Assembly: GCA_964658305.1 (NCBI GenBank)
Contig: OZ210886.1
Coordinates: 434,001 to 498,000 of the forward strand
DNA: 64,000 bases
Origin: Leptogorgia sarmentosa
Lineage: Eukaryota
Direction of reading: 5' to 3'
The position numbers and the translations under genes are program-made. The notes beneath the pieces were generated by a model. The model was not told where the DNA came from. It made no database searches and worked only from the letters and a program-made list of their open reading frames with translations. Positions within the stretch are counted from its first letter, which is position 1. Each line of letters begins with the position of its first letter. Positions 36,136-49,207 of the stretch are shown here, in pieces.

Positions 36136-38323
36136 TTATCCTGCATGTGTTGGTCGGAATTCATTTGAACTTGAAGCATAGTCGCATCCGTTAGATTTTC
36201 CAAATGCCATTGGTTCAATAGGTATGACAGAAAGAGAATTTCTGTAGTCGCACGATGGTTGTACGACGTCTGAATTCTGTAAACGTTGCAGGGAAATAAT
36301 ATCAAATTTCAAATCGATCGGAGCGGTCTAAAAGGACAAAACATTTTCAAAAATGGAGTAAAATGTTAAATGGGCGAATTCATGCAGACCTGGCTTTGAT
36401 TATGAAAAGAGCTACCTTGCTATGAAGTCCATAAATGCGCGAAATTTCTTTCAAAGTTAAGTTTTCACTCAGAATTTCATCACAGCGTGATATTTCAACC
36501 TGAAACAATATTGGAGGAAGTTATAGAACTGAGAATCAACCAGCAACTCAGAGACAACATAGACGTCAGCAGACACAAATACCTTGTACGTATTCTTCAC
36601 TTCAAACTTCATTTGAATGAGTTTCTTTAGCACTCTAACTGGAACGTTTTTGGAACACCTTAAGTATCGAGTGGGAAAAATCTAAAAAAAATATGAAAGT
36701 TATCACAATGTCTTTTGGTATCTTTGAAAAGTTAGAATGGTTATTTGTGATTACCGCCGCGGTTTATATTTTGGATTTATCGAAGACATAAAACCTGTCT
36801 TACCTTTCTCTGATTTATTTTTAAAACATTACGCCTATAATATGAAGAAAAAGTATACCACTGATAATTAATCTGTTGGATTAGCGAAAGCAAGCGAAGG
36901 AAAGTAAGATATCGCATCCAGCAACAGGCTGGTAAGTGGTAACATGGCTACTTCTTAAAAAGGTACTTTTTCAATAAATCAAAATACACCGGTGTTACCA
37001 ATACCGTTCTGATGTCATGTAGCGGAGGCTATACTTACTGGTGCTGATCAAGAGTCACATATACTGCATCTGAGTTGTTCGCAATGCTTACAACGGTTTC
37101 CAGTTGGCACTCTGCTGCAATGAAACAAATAATAAAACTTATTGGACTAAATATATCCACCTATATTGAACATTCCCCCATGAAAATGCATCTATTGATT
37201 TTAGTAGAATTGACTAGAATTGCATGGTAATATTTTCTTTGCACCTCGTCTCTTTTCATTTCCATCCATACTTCCTTCAAATAATTTGCGACTCATACGT
37301 TCATCTACAATTTCAAATATAGGCACAGTCAAGTCTGTTGCGCGATATTTCATAACATGCCGCCACGAAAACCAAATTCTAGTGGATCAAGAGTGTTTTT
37401 TATTGGCTAATTTCAATTTCGCTATTCAATTGAAGTTGCTACGTTTCTCAGAAAACCTTTGTTCAAATGGAAAACAATTGCCAAGGAGGCATAATTATAG
37501 ACATAGTTTAATTCTCTACATCGATTGTATATATTATATATCTATATATATATATATATATATTTAAAATCATAGATTATGTTTCGTATCTATTCAAGAA
37601 GGGGATTATAGGGATAGAGACTGGGATCAAGGAGAAATATATTTGTGCGTGTAATACAACGAGTCGATATATTTATTATACCTAATCATACAATCAATGC
37701 TGGATTAACCATATGACAAAAGCCGCGGGCCCCTGGGGATTGCGCAATATTCTTTCGACGGACCACAAACCTATGCAACGACGCAAAAGTTTAAAAGCGC
37801 GGGGCCTCATATTTATACTTCTTATTTATTGACATTTGTCAACTTACTTTCATATAAATCAGGTACTATTTTGTAGACTATATCTTGTAAGGTTGGGTCT
37901 GGCCTGAAAGACATCAGGAGCATTTGGTAGAAAGGTGTGGCTGCAAAAAGATATTATGCTGCCTGTTCATAGTACCTAACGTTCGCTAAGGGCTTCGTCT
38001 TGTGAACTTCTGTATGACACACAGGACAGTCGTATGAGGTTTCCAAGAAGCGTACAATGCAACTTTTGCAAACTAAGTGAATACAGAGGATTTGAAAGAT
38101 CAAAATTAGGAGTAGCTTCGGGTTTGAACAGCTATCAAGTCATTAAAGATAAGTGCTTTTTTCCCCAATATATATAAATATTATCGTGAGGTCGCAGAAT
38201 GTGAATGATACACGTACATGAGTGAAGGCATTCCACAATAGTGCAGGCGTCAATGAGGTATCCTTTGCACAATGGACAGATTAGATTTTCGTTTATTTCA
38301 GACAGTTTCAGTGTTGGTAACAT
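36136..38323 (-). CDS. PCGF: Polycomb group RING finger protein, BMI1/PCGF2-4-like, paralogue A (RING plus RAWUL)
   Basis: [86 protein letters not shown]...[26 protein letters not shown]...[12 protein letters not shown]...stop at 36136. Confidence 0.93.
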
Positions 38324-41300
38324 GACTGTCGGCGCTCGATTTTACCTGGAATGTTTGTAAACCAAAAATTAATCAGACTCAGGTTTCGATTTCTGGACTA
38401 TTCATTTTTTATTCAAATCGTGTGCGCTTGGCTGTAATCGTTTTACTGTGTACTATATGATCAGTGAGGACTGTGACGTTCATAATTTTGTTCATACAGA
38501 TAATATATGTCTGTGTATTCATCTTCACCTTCATCTTCGCCAACTTTAACAATTGTTAAGTTGCTGCAGTTCAAAATTTATGATCAATACCATTTTTAAT
38601 ACTACGAATAAATTCTGTCGGTACGATTTTTGGTACGAACTTATGTAATGGCTATAAAGAAAAAAGTTCCGAAAAGGAAGTTCATTTCTCTTGATCAAAA
38701 CTGAATCTACACTGCATGTCTTGATATTAGATTCATGTGATTAACTATTTACAGTTTTAAAGTTCTACTTCTCCGAAATAAATAATGAGGATTAAAATAA
38801 ACTATTTCATTTTCGATCGATTTAAATAATTATAGAACATTACTTACCTTCAAGTCTTCAGCAAGACAAAAATATGTTGCGTTCTAATAAAACTATAGCT
38901 ATAAACAAAATCTGTAATTACATAACAGATTTTATGTAGAACAGGACAAACCCGACATATCGCATAATTATAAAGCTAGTATCTAATTCCAGACAAGATG
39001 GCCGGGATTCAACATTGACGGCTTGACTTAAACACTAAATTCAATGTAACTGAGCAATATCTATTGCAATATAAATGCATTGGGAAATAAACTGATAGTT
39101 GGTTCACAATTTGTGCATGAAATAAGCTTATCCACTTCGAAACAAAGTCAGATAATAATTACCTTCTTTTACCAATATATATATTTTGACTTCCTTTCGC
39201 TGTGCTTCGGCAGATACACAGCTGACCTGCTGACGTGCACAGGAGGTCACGTGTTCTTTTGTGAGTTCACTGAGTTAGGTTGTTATATAGGCATCTGTGT
39301 TGTAGCTATAGGCCTAAACCACTGGCCTAAACAGTCAGTAAACAGATTAAGCTTTTAGCAAGTGCAGTTGGACAATTTAAGTCATGAGATAGATTGGGTT
39401 TAGCATGCTCGTAAATTCCCCTCAAAAACACCTATCTAAACTCTCTTGATCACTTTGAGTTACTTGAATCAATATGTTCATAAAGTGTTGTCAGCCCCTT
39501 GACGCTTCCTGTCATAATTTGGCAATCTGTGATGCGGGAAAGGAACTTGTACATGTAGTTGATGGTAAAAATTCAACAATACGTTTTCAATTTCCAATCT
39601 GGTTTTGAAAAAAAAAACTTTCAATATTACTAAATGTGCAACTTAACAAGCAGAAATGACCGCGACATAATTATAAATGCATGTCGAAAACACCGTCCGC
39701 TTCTGGTAAATTTCTTCTAGCTGCTAAAGTTATTAGCTATTTGATTGAAACGAACGTCACTCAGAGGACCCGCTATTAAACAGAAGAACGATCAGGCTAA
39801 AAATTAACCTCGAAATGAAGAGGTGGAAGTTTTTCTTGTTCATGTGATAAAAGTTGGATTCAAGTCATCAAAGTTGGATTGCGTTTTTTTGACAACCCGG
39901 CGTGTTGCATAAAGAATGCACCAGTTTTAATATAATCACATTTTAGAAGCAGTACTAAATTTCACGTAAGTGGCAATGCCCGGTAATAAAGTTCTCAATA
40001 ACTCTAAAGACGAAAAATTTCGCCACCGAAAAATTTAATTCCTTGTTCCATCGCGCCATAAGTGAAAAGTCCGACAAAAGTTAAACATTTTCAACAATTA
40101 GAGAGGAGGAACAAATTTCTTCAGGGGCGAATGAATGTAAAAACATGATTTCCTTGTCAATTTTTTTCGGCAGCGAAAAAACGAAGTGGAAAACGGGCTT
40201 AATTCAATCTTGGTTGACCGAACTCTGAAGCATGTAAAAAAAATTTCCAGTTTCGATTGCAAGCTGACTCTTGGCAAGGTCTATTGGCACGTGGCCACAA
40301 ATTGATAAGCATGCAACCATTGATGGAATCATATCAGATCATATGAAAAACATTCAAAGCACAAGCTCCGGTCGTCAGCCGATTATATGTGTGCGGAAAC
40401 GTGGATGTCCTTATCCTTTTTTGACTTCTGAGCTGCGCAGATTTAAATATTGTTTATGTGTATCTTATGATCCAATTTTATCTATTATATTTATCTCATT
40501 GATCAAATTTTATTGCACTCCTTTGCACTCCAGCTATAAGCTCTGCTCTTGGAGGAATATTAGGATCCGCAGTCCGAAGTGAGAAAAGCACCAGGATCTT
40601 ATGAATAGCGCTTGATTCGCCATATTGGTTTACATACCACGTGATGACTACATAATTGAACTGCTCGTGTATATAAATATTTGAATCTTTTTTACACACA
40701 ACCAAGCGTTGAGCGACTATACAAGCGTGGTTCTAGTCTTTCAGGTAATTGCCTTTCTCTAGTTGACTTTAAAACATTCTCATTAATATCACAAGCTTCG
40801 TAGGAATCAAAACTTGTCTATATATTGTCTAATTTTAAGTGAAGATATAAACACAGTACATAGTACAGACAACCGCTTCAAGTTCCCTCATTATTCACGG
40901 CAGTTCGATCATTAAATAAATCAACTGGCAAGTGTGAGTTCTGCTGTTTCACACGAGAGTTTATTTCTCTTGAAATAAACTCTTGTTGTTAGAGACTATC
41001 GTTGATGAAGAATCAGGGAGCAAATAGCTTCCGTGAACATAGACATGTGTATTAGCTAGGACGTAGTTCAGTTCAGTGTCATTGACTTCATATTCATAAA
41101 ACCAAATCCTTTTCTTATATTCTTATTTAAATCTGCATTCAACTTTCATTTCCATAATGCTGTACACAACGTAGGCATACAGCGTATGAAGTTGAATTCC
41201 CTGTAATGTAAAGCAAAAAGTTTATTGGCAATATGTAGCTATATAAAAAGTAGCAATTACGGGCCTAGAAAGTTGCAATCTTCCAGATCCAGCGAAAGGT

Positions 41301-42050
41301 AGAACAAGAGAGTAATGTGCGATATGTAGCTACTAATTTGCGATATGTAGCTACTGTATCTCACATCTATATAGCAAAAATTCTTCGCAGACGTTTTCAT
41401 TTTCAATTCTGCGAAAAACAAAATTTGGGATAGATCCTTCGTGTAATTGCATAATATTATATACGATGGATCATTTGTGGGGAGATCGTTATTCTTCAAC
41501 ACGTGAAGAATAACGTGAAATAACATACCGAATAATAACCTGAACGCATCTGGCACAGTATTGCCAGGCTACAAGATTGATGGAAGTTGTGGACTTTGTG
41601 GAGCGTAATTAAAGCGCCTCGCGATTATTTCTCGAGGTGGTCATATGGTTTCTTAGAGATCGATTACACTCGATCAAAAGAACCTGCAGAGAAATTTGTA
41701 TATGTATACAAGACGACGCTTTAAGCAAAAGTTTTACTCAAGTAGAAGTAGATATGTTTTAAAGTGAAGTATGGTTGGGACACCGTTGGGTCTATGTATG
41801 ATTTATCAGCTAACCAGCGAGTTCAGTGGAGACAACCCGCCCTTCATAGGCACGTTATCGGCCCATTATATGAAGGGTACGTCAGGAGTTGTGAAATCAT
41901 TTTTGGTAAACAAATAGCGCTGATTGTCGAGAAATTCTTACCCCTTTTCTGTATGGCTCATTACAGCTACGCCTAACTACACGCGATGATGCGGTAAACT
42001 ATTCATGATTTTTTTGTATAGATCAGGGGTACGGTGTCGATATTCCCATC

Positions 42051-44060
42051 ATGTCGTTACGAACAGTTCATCTAAACAGTCTTAATGCTAATATTACATG
42101 TTCAATATGTGGTGGATACTTCGTCGAAGCTACGACTATTATGGAATGTCTTCATTCTTGTAAGTGAGTGGTCCATGAGTTTCAGAATTCTACGAAGATA
42201 TATGTAGTTCACCTGGGAGTTTGGTCGACGATAAGACCATGTTTTTATTTCGTACCTGTTTACTATTGTCACTTTTATTTTCTGCGCACTATAGTTTGCA
42301 AGAGCTGTATTGTAAAATATCTGGAGACATCGTATAATTGCCCTGTTTGTCAAACCGAAATTCATAAAACGAGACCACTTCTACATGTCAGGTAAATGAA
42401 CACACCTTGGTGTATTATCTCTTCACTCTAAGGGTAAACGCATTTTCACTTTTTCGAAATTCGTAATGTTGTCTTTTGATTGCAGACCTGATCCTGTTCT
42501 TCAAGATCTGGTGTATAAACTGGTCCCGTCTTTGTATGATGGTAAGAAACACCTGCATTGAGTGGGAAACATATGCATACAAGACCAAAAAATGTTATAG
42601 GACATTCATTAGAAAGTAGAAACCACAATTTTAGTTGCGTCTCCCGTGGGACACCCCTCCCCCCAATATTGTACTTGTGCCTCTTCTACTGAAGACAATG
42701 TTGTAAAATTTTTTCGCCACTAACACAGATTACCATAAAGCAAAGCAAGAATTTAAAAAGCTTATGTCAGAGGAGGAAACAGGTATACATACGATATTTA
42801 AAAATCCCTCTGTTTGATTGCCTCGTTTTACAAACGCCAGAAACAGGAAATTTGGTAGAAATATAAGATAGAAATCCTCAGGTTAAAATTTATTTACAGA
42901 AAAAGATAACACATCTGAACAAGATGGTGACGATAGGGTTCCACATGTCCCAGATCCAATTTATGTCACCTTGGAACAAAGACAGTAAGTCGATCTCTTA
43001 ATAAATTACCATACATAATTCTTTAAACAACCAGTGTTGTTCATGACATTATACGTGCGGGAATTTAAATCGAGAATCTTTCAATGTACTTTTTAGGAGA
43101 AATAGAAACAAAAATGAACAAATAAAGGTCAGACAAAATTACATTTGTTTGTGAGTTTAAGGTTTGTTCCAAATAAATAACGTTGGGGGCATAAATTAAA
43201 AACTAATCATGTCAATGTTAACAACATTGCACTGGTAACAACAGCTATAGAATTATCGCGGGACAAAAGGGATCTCGGTGACAAAAAACTTCATCATATT
43301 TTGTTTGCATTTACGGCAGATATTTCCAATTCGCTACCTTCGTTGTCCTTCTTCTATGCCAGTGAGGATATTGAAAAAGTTTTTAAGGATGAAATTTTTT
43401 GTCAAAGACTCTCAAGAGGTAAGGGGTTTTTGCAAATATTTGGGATTCTCTTTTTTAGGCCGTCACAATCATGTTGAGTATAAAATTGGACATCGGATTA
43501 AGTTAAGGGCGAACGTTGGGGGCCTTCGTCAGCACAATAAAGTACATTTTATTTTAGGTTGAAATTTCACGAAGTGATGAAGTGCTTTTTGAGCATCTAA
43601 CGTTAAGAGAAGTGGCTCGAATATATGGCAGATATGGAAAGGTACTGTGACCAGAGCAGTTGCAGCTTTAGCAGTTTGCTAAATCTAATAAAATTGCATG
43701 ACTGAATGCAGCTAGCTTTTGAATTGGGAGCTATATAATATAATTATATAGATGCAATTATTAAATGTGATAAAATTATTATATGTTTAGCTCGCTCCTT
43801 TGGATTTATATTTCGATGTTATTCCGAAGGATAAAGTGGAAGAGATGGCACAGAACAATTACGATTGGATACCTATTCCATCTGCTATTCCATCTGCTAT
43901 TCCATCTGGTATTCCATCTGGTATTCCCTCTGCTATTCCATCTGCTATTCCCTCTTCATTTAACGAAAAACCAACGAATTCTGATTCAATATCTCAAACT
44001 CAAATGGAAATTACGAACGAGATTCAACCGGAAACCGAAATGGATGTTGTCTGTGACTGA
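42051..44060 (+). CDS. PCGF: Polycomb group RING finger protein, BMI1/PCGF2-4-like, paralogue B
   Basis: [86 protein letters not shown]...[26 protein letters not shown]...[12 protein letters not shown]; same intron positions as paralogue A. Confidence 0.93.
43875..43958 (+). repeat. Coding 12-bp minisatellite, 7 x ATTCC(A/C)TCTNNN, encoding (IPS[A/G/S])7
   Basis: Visible in DNA and in ORF 43800-44060. Confidence 0.95.
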
Positions 44061-44610
44061 CACTTACAGTATACGCAGAATGACATTTTATTGGAATTGA
44101 AGATCAGAGTAAAGCTGGCTGAAAATGTTTGAAGTAGCCATACGAAGCTTTTCACTCAATCCAACAAACTTCATGCAGATAGAAAGGCTTCAAGCAGATT
44201 CACAGTAATCTCAGTTGACTTGTGTAATGCTGCCTTTCAGTCGTAACGGTTGCTTTCCAGTAAGAGTGAGCATTACAGTGCAGAATAAGATCAACAGTAA
44301 ACGCCCGGGTAATCATAAAGTCCTGAAAACGAGGATGCGTTACACCATCTACTGTATAGAAAACCTGTTTACAGTTTACAGCAATTCTTGCTTTAATTAT
44401 CATTGTGTATCATGCATATATTTATTATTTTATTGCACTTAACATTTCTATTGTACATAAATCTGCAAACTCTCCTTTTTTCCCTATATTTGCAGTTCAT
44501 TACTCATGAAGTGTTCAATTCAGATTTTCACGTTTGTTGAATGAACGTTGTCCATGTTGACGAGTGAATTTCCTTTGTTTTACATTAAATAAATATGCAT
44601 TGAGTTCAGT

Positions 44611-47345
44611 CTACATTTGAGAAGCTTTCTCCAAGCTTTTACACGCGTCTTTTAACTTCCCCACCAGATCCTATAGACAGAATAATAGAAATGACATTCT
44701 GATACCACAGTAGAACACGGGGAGAACGCAGGGCAATATCAAACTTTAAAGCTATTTCAAATTTTAAATAAGTTTATCTAACGTAAAGCATTTTTATTCT
44801 ATATTATTTTTGCAAATATACCTGCAATTGTTCCATCGAACAAGAAAACTGAACATCTGAATATCCAGTTTTGCCACTTTCCTAAAAGGTTAAAACGAGA
44901 ACTTGTTTATAAACAATTCGCAAAAACGAATAACACGTATATTAAAATCAATTTCTTTGAACTCAGTTTTTTTCTTGTCCAAAATTTTAGCTCAATTTCT
45001 ATAGTAACCATCCTGAAATTTAATTTGTAATCCCGACCCAAAAATCAATACTAGCCCTAACCCTATTGCCTCAATTGCTATATTCTCTCACATTTATTTT
45101 CAAACTCTATTCTGGATAAAACTAGTCATTATCCAGAGATATCTTCATAGCCTAACGATCCCATGGTAAGGCAATGCTATTCAAACCAATTGATACTTTT
45201 TGACAGGTCGCGAAATTTTGCAAAGTGTTATAACAATACGGTTATCGCCTTAATTTTACTTACCTCAGTTTTCAATGAAATCAAGTACGTTGGGTTATTA
45301 ACTTTATCTAAGTATTTGTTCTGAAAAACAAATAAAGTCCAGCAATTAAAACAAAATAGATCCAAGCAATTAAAAGGAAATCAGCAATTTATTAAAGCGA
45401 GCAATCGAATTTTGCGCCTTTGGTGTATTTGTGAAATTAAAGGTACTAAATTGCTAGACACTGAGAAAAACTTAACGTGTACTTGGTGTACAGGTACAAT
45501 CAATTTTGTACACGTAACCAAATTTTGTAAGCCTCTCTCGGAGCATGGTTACCAGAACGAATTAACCAGGATTATTGGGTTAACCGTAAAAGGGTTCTTC
45601 ATACGCTCGTAAGAGAGATTTCTAGTTCCATGTTACTTGTTATTTTCAAATTTCTAGGTCAAACGGGCGCAACTGGACAGACTCGCAGAACGTTTTGTCG
45701 CTGTTGTTGGTGCTGACTCACTGCACGGAGAGAAGCTCGTAATTTTGGGAGAGCACTTAGCCAGGACCATCAGAGACTGCATATCTTACCTTAACGTAAT
45801 AATCTAATCTCCAATCAACGTCCACAATGTGTGGGAATGCTGTTCTTGTGCTGCGTGGAGATATAACGATCCATTCATACCGCAATTCATTATTTAAAAG
45901 ACTAGCAAGATTGGCACAGTATGGTTCTATTTACAATTATACCTGCTTAACACTGCCTGGATGTGTGGTCTTGTTCCCTACACAATAAATGGAGGCAGAA
46001 AATACTTGAAAATTAATGCTTAAAGAATAGTAAACAAGCAATTATGCAATTTTGTTTGCACAAAGGTATAATATGTGTCATGTTTGGACATTTTGCTAAA
46101 TTGGAATTTCCCTGGGAAAGTCCAATTTAGCAAGAAGTTTTGGCAAAATTTCCAAACATTACTTGTACTATCATTAATCTATAATGAACTCACCATCACA
46201 TTATTAACTAGGCCTAGTTTATATGTCGTTCTTATGTCGAACCTCTGATGAGGTGTCTTACTTCATTATCTATTGTTTGAACTGCATTTTACATAATTGC
46301 AAAAGTTCAACATCAGAGAGACATATAAAGTAGGCTCTATACACTAAATTATTTAATAATTATAATAAATATTGGTGAAAAACATTATAGATTATAAGTT
46401 TCTATCAAATTTGATGATCTTACTGAGAATACTTTGTTGAAAAATTCAATCCTATCTGGATCCCATTTGCATTCCTCCAGATATGTACTGTAAGTATAAA
46501 ATGCACCAATCAGGCATCAACTATTCCCTTAATATATAATATCCTCATTAACAGCAACACGATCTATGGCTATCTCATTACTAATCTTTCTTTATGTGGC
46601 TTCATGATGGGTAATACATAAGTATGATTTCAACATAAACCTTATGTCAGTGATACTACTGTCAGTTTTCACTGCTTCTATGACCAAAGTAACAAGTCCA
46701 TAATAAGCTTCCTTCAATGTGCCAGGATTTACTGAATCAAGAGTATTAGATGCTGAAAATAAGATTGAAGATTATTAATGTAGGCAATTTCAAAACTTAT
46801 TTAAGTTTGTATATTGTACATTGATGTAATAGTAATAGCTTAATACCATACTATAAAATGCACTAGCTGTGAAAGTCATAATTTGTTCATGTTTTGCATG
46901 TTGCATTCTAGTTAGCTAGCTTCATCAGAGAAATTTCTTTTGTGAAATTTCTGGCAACATCGCTTGTGCTCCCGTTCCTCAGATCTTTGCATGCAATAGA
47001 TATTGAATAAATGTTCCTTAGTTTGTAGAATTTGTACTAAGGACTTTCATGGTGAACATTACTGTAAATATTATTAAAAATGTCAAGGACAAAATTCATT
47101 TGTAATGATCTATCCATGGGTCTTAATGGCAAAGCTACGATTGTTATTATCATAATATGATCAATCTATCGATGTCAACTACAGAATGGCAATTACATAT
47201 TCTTACCATCAAAACTAGTTTCATCCTTCTTTCCCAAGATGATGTCGAACGCAATTTCTACTAGTTTTTTGAAGCTTTTTTCAGGCATACGGACAGATTC
47301 TCCACACAAATGCAAGCCCTCTTGTGCATCGTGGTTTATTTCCAT
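44611..47345 (-). CDS. COMMD3: COMM domain-containing protein 3 (8 exons)
   Basis: MEINHDAQEGLHLCGE...STYLEECKWDPDRIEFF...FPHIVDVDWRLDYYVK|NKYLDKVNNPTYLISL...VQFSCSMEQLQ|DLVGKLKDACKSLEKASQM-stop matches recalled human COMMD3 (STYLEDCKFDRERIELF; FSCSMEQLQDLVGKLKDASKSLERATQL). Absent from the ORF track. Confidence 0.96.
46081..46337. mobile_element. Two small palindromic MITE remnants in a COMMD3 intron
   Basis: 46081-46158 TGTTTGGACATTTTGC...GCAAAATTTCCAAACA with an inner hairpin; 46210-46337 AGGCCTAGTTTATATGTC...GACATATAAAGTAGGCT. Confidence 0.5.
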
Positions 47346-47626
47346 TTGGATGATGATTTTAAAAACTATTTAGAAAATAAAAAGTCATGCGGAAATAAAA
47401 GGAAGATCTCCCTGAGCATTCTTCGTGACAATACATTATAAATTACATGAGGTATTCAGGAGTAATAAGATGCGACCGCTGTCTTTGAGACTTTCACAGC
47501 AGACTCGTGTAAGCTAAGGGTGATCCAGTGGTGATCATATACTGGTACCATTTGACGACTGGTTGCACATACTCAGTGAAGTATTGTAAACAAATTAAAG
47601 GAAGAAAAAATTATTCAAATATCAAA

Positions 47627-48257
47627 ATGAGAATGCAAAGAATACTGCTGAGAAGTATATCTGTGGGTCTGAGGCAGCGATATTTTGTAAGATAACTAAA
47701 TTATTATATTTGAGCAACCATTGGTCTTATACAAAGCTCGTTTATATTAATTTTAGGAAAACAAAACCCATTACCCATTCAAAAGTTCGTTGGATAGTTT
47801 GTTGTACAAATTTTTAACCGTTTTTTTAATGGTGCAATATACTGTACATACCTACATAGGGTCCCCAAATGCAGTGTGTTAGACATTATGCTGAGGCTGT
47901 GTTTGTTGCTGCAAAAGAACCATTTGTAGTTGAACTTGAAGCTAGTAAAAGATATTCATGGTGTGCATGTGGGAGAAGTAAGAAACAGGTAAACTAGTAT
48001 ACACAGTGTTGAAAGTTGAAACTAAATATACCAATAGGAAGGCCATTTCTCCTTACTTTTTATTCCAATTTCAGCCATTTTGCGATGGTAGCCACAAGAA
48101 GACGGGATTAAGTCCACTTCGATTTAAACTAGAAGAAAGTGAAATGAAGGTGTTATGTGGCTGTAAACAGACTAGTACCCCACCATATTGCGATGGAACT
48201 CATAAATCAGAACTTGTACAATCTAGTGAAATAGGTCAAGCTTGTAAGACAGTATAA
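47627..48257 (+). CDS. CISD3: CDGSH iron-sulfur domain protein 3 (MiNT), mitochondrial
   Basis: Exons 47627-47686 (Arg-rich presequence MRMQRILLRSISVGLRQRYF), 47860-47988 (YSWCACGRSKKQ), 48075-48257 (PFCDGSH...LCGCKQTSTPPYCDGTH): two CDGSH motifs and no TM anchor. Confidence 0.95.
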
Positions 48258-48296
48258 TTGGAAATCTTTAAAAATTACATTTTAAAGGCTTCTTAG

Positions 48297-48630
48297 CAGG
48301 GGCGGCGGAACATATTTTATTTTGGGGGGGCTAAATTTAAAAAAAGTTTATCGTAGTTTTTGTCTAGGTGGAAACACAAACGGCATAGCGTGTACTCACT
48401 GTAGTGATGTCTCCTACTTTGAAAAATTGTTCAAAATCTTCAAAAATACGGATATCAGAATATGCAATTGTGCATAGTGCATACTGTAGAGTGTAGATTA
48501 TTTGATCATCTCATGACTCAGTGTCTCGCATTCTGGCATTCTTTATGTATTTTGGGGGGCTAAGCCCCCCCACTTTTACTTCTGGGGGGGCTTTTAGCCC
48601 CCTAGCCCCCCCCCTGTTCCGCCGCCACTG
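48297..48630. mobile_element. hAT-type MITE (334 bp)
   Basis: TIRs CAGGGGCGGCGGAACA / TGTTCCGCCGCCACTG; perfect 8-bp TSD CTTCTTAG at 48289-48296 and 48631-48638; subterminal GGGGGCTAA/TTAGCCCCC repeats. Confidence 0.92.
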
Positions 48631-49068
48631 CTTCTTAGTCCAGGTGTAATTTAGACTTTAATCAAGGTAATTCCCTTTAAACAGAAAAACATACCTAATT
48701 TTAAGAATTTTTTATCACTGCACATTTAATTTCATGTAAAGTTTTAGCCTAGTACAATTATGCCCTGGACACTACTGTTACCACTTTTGCTTTTTATCAC
48801 TGCTCATTTTACTTTATCACTGCAAAAATTGTTTATCACTGCACACTAAAATTACTTCTGGCTGACAAATACACCGTCTTCCTGCCTGAAAAATACACTG
48901 TTTACATACATGATCTGACCTCGCGTAAACAATGCAGTAGTATGATTTTATTGAACCATAGATTGAACAGAACAGAAATGAATTAAACGAAACTAATTGT
49001 TGGGCCACCTATGCCAGATGCTTGGGCGTCCTTAGTTTCAATCATCAGCGGTATGTTCAAATTATAGA

Positions 49069-49110
49069 TGCGCACGCGCATGGTTGCTTATTGCAATGTT
49101 GCTAAGCAAC
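49069..49110. promoter_or_regulatory. SPAG6 promoter: NRF1-like motif and RFX X-box
   Basis: TGCGCACGCGCA at 49069-49080 and palindromic GTTGCTAAGCAAC at 49098-49110, about 100 bp upstream of the ATG. Confidence 0.6.
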
Positions 49111-49207
49111 CATTGACACAAAAATACAACCAGACTATACAGTATTTTCATTCCATAGAATTTTGCTGTAAAATTGATCGTTTTTCTTCACGAAAAGCTG
49201 TACTAAA

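Noticed and set aside
48711..48843. Four TTTATCACTGC repeats downstream of CISD3
   Set aside because: Short, irregularly spaced, no function inferable.
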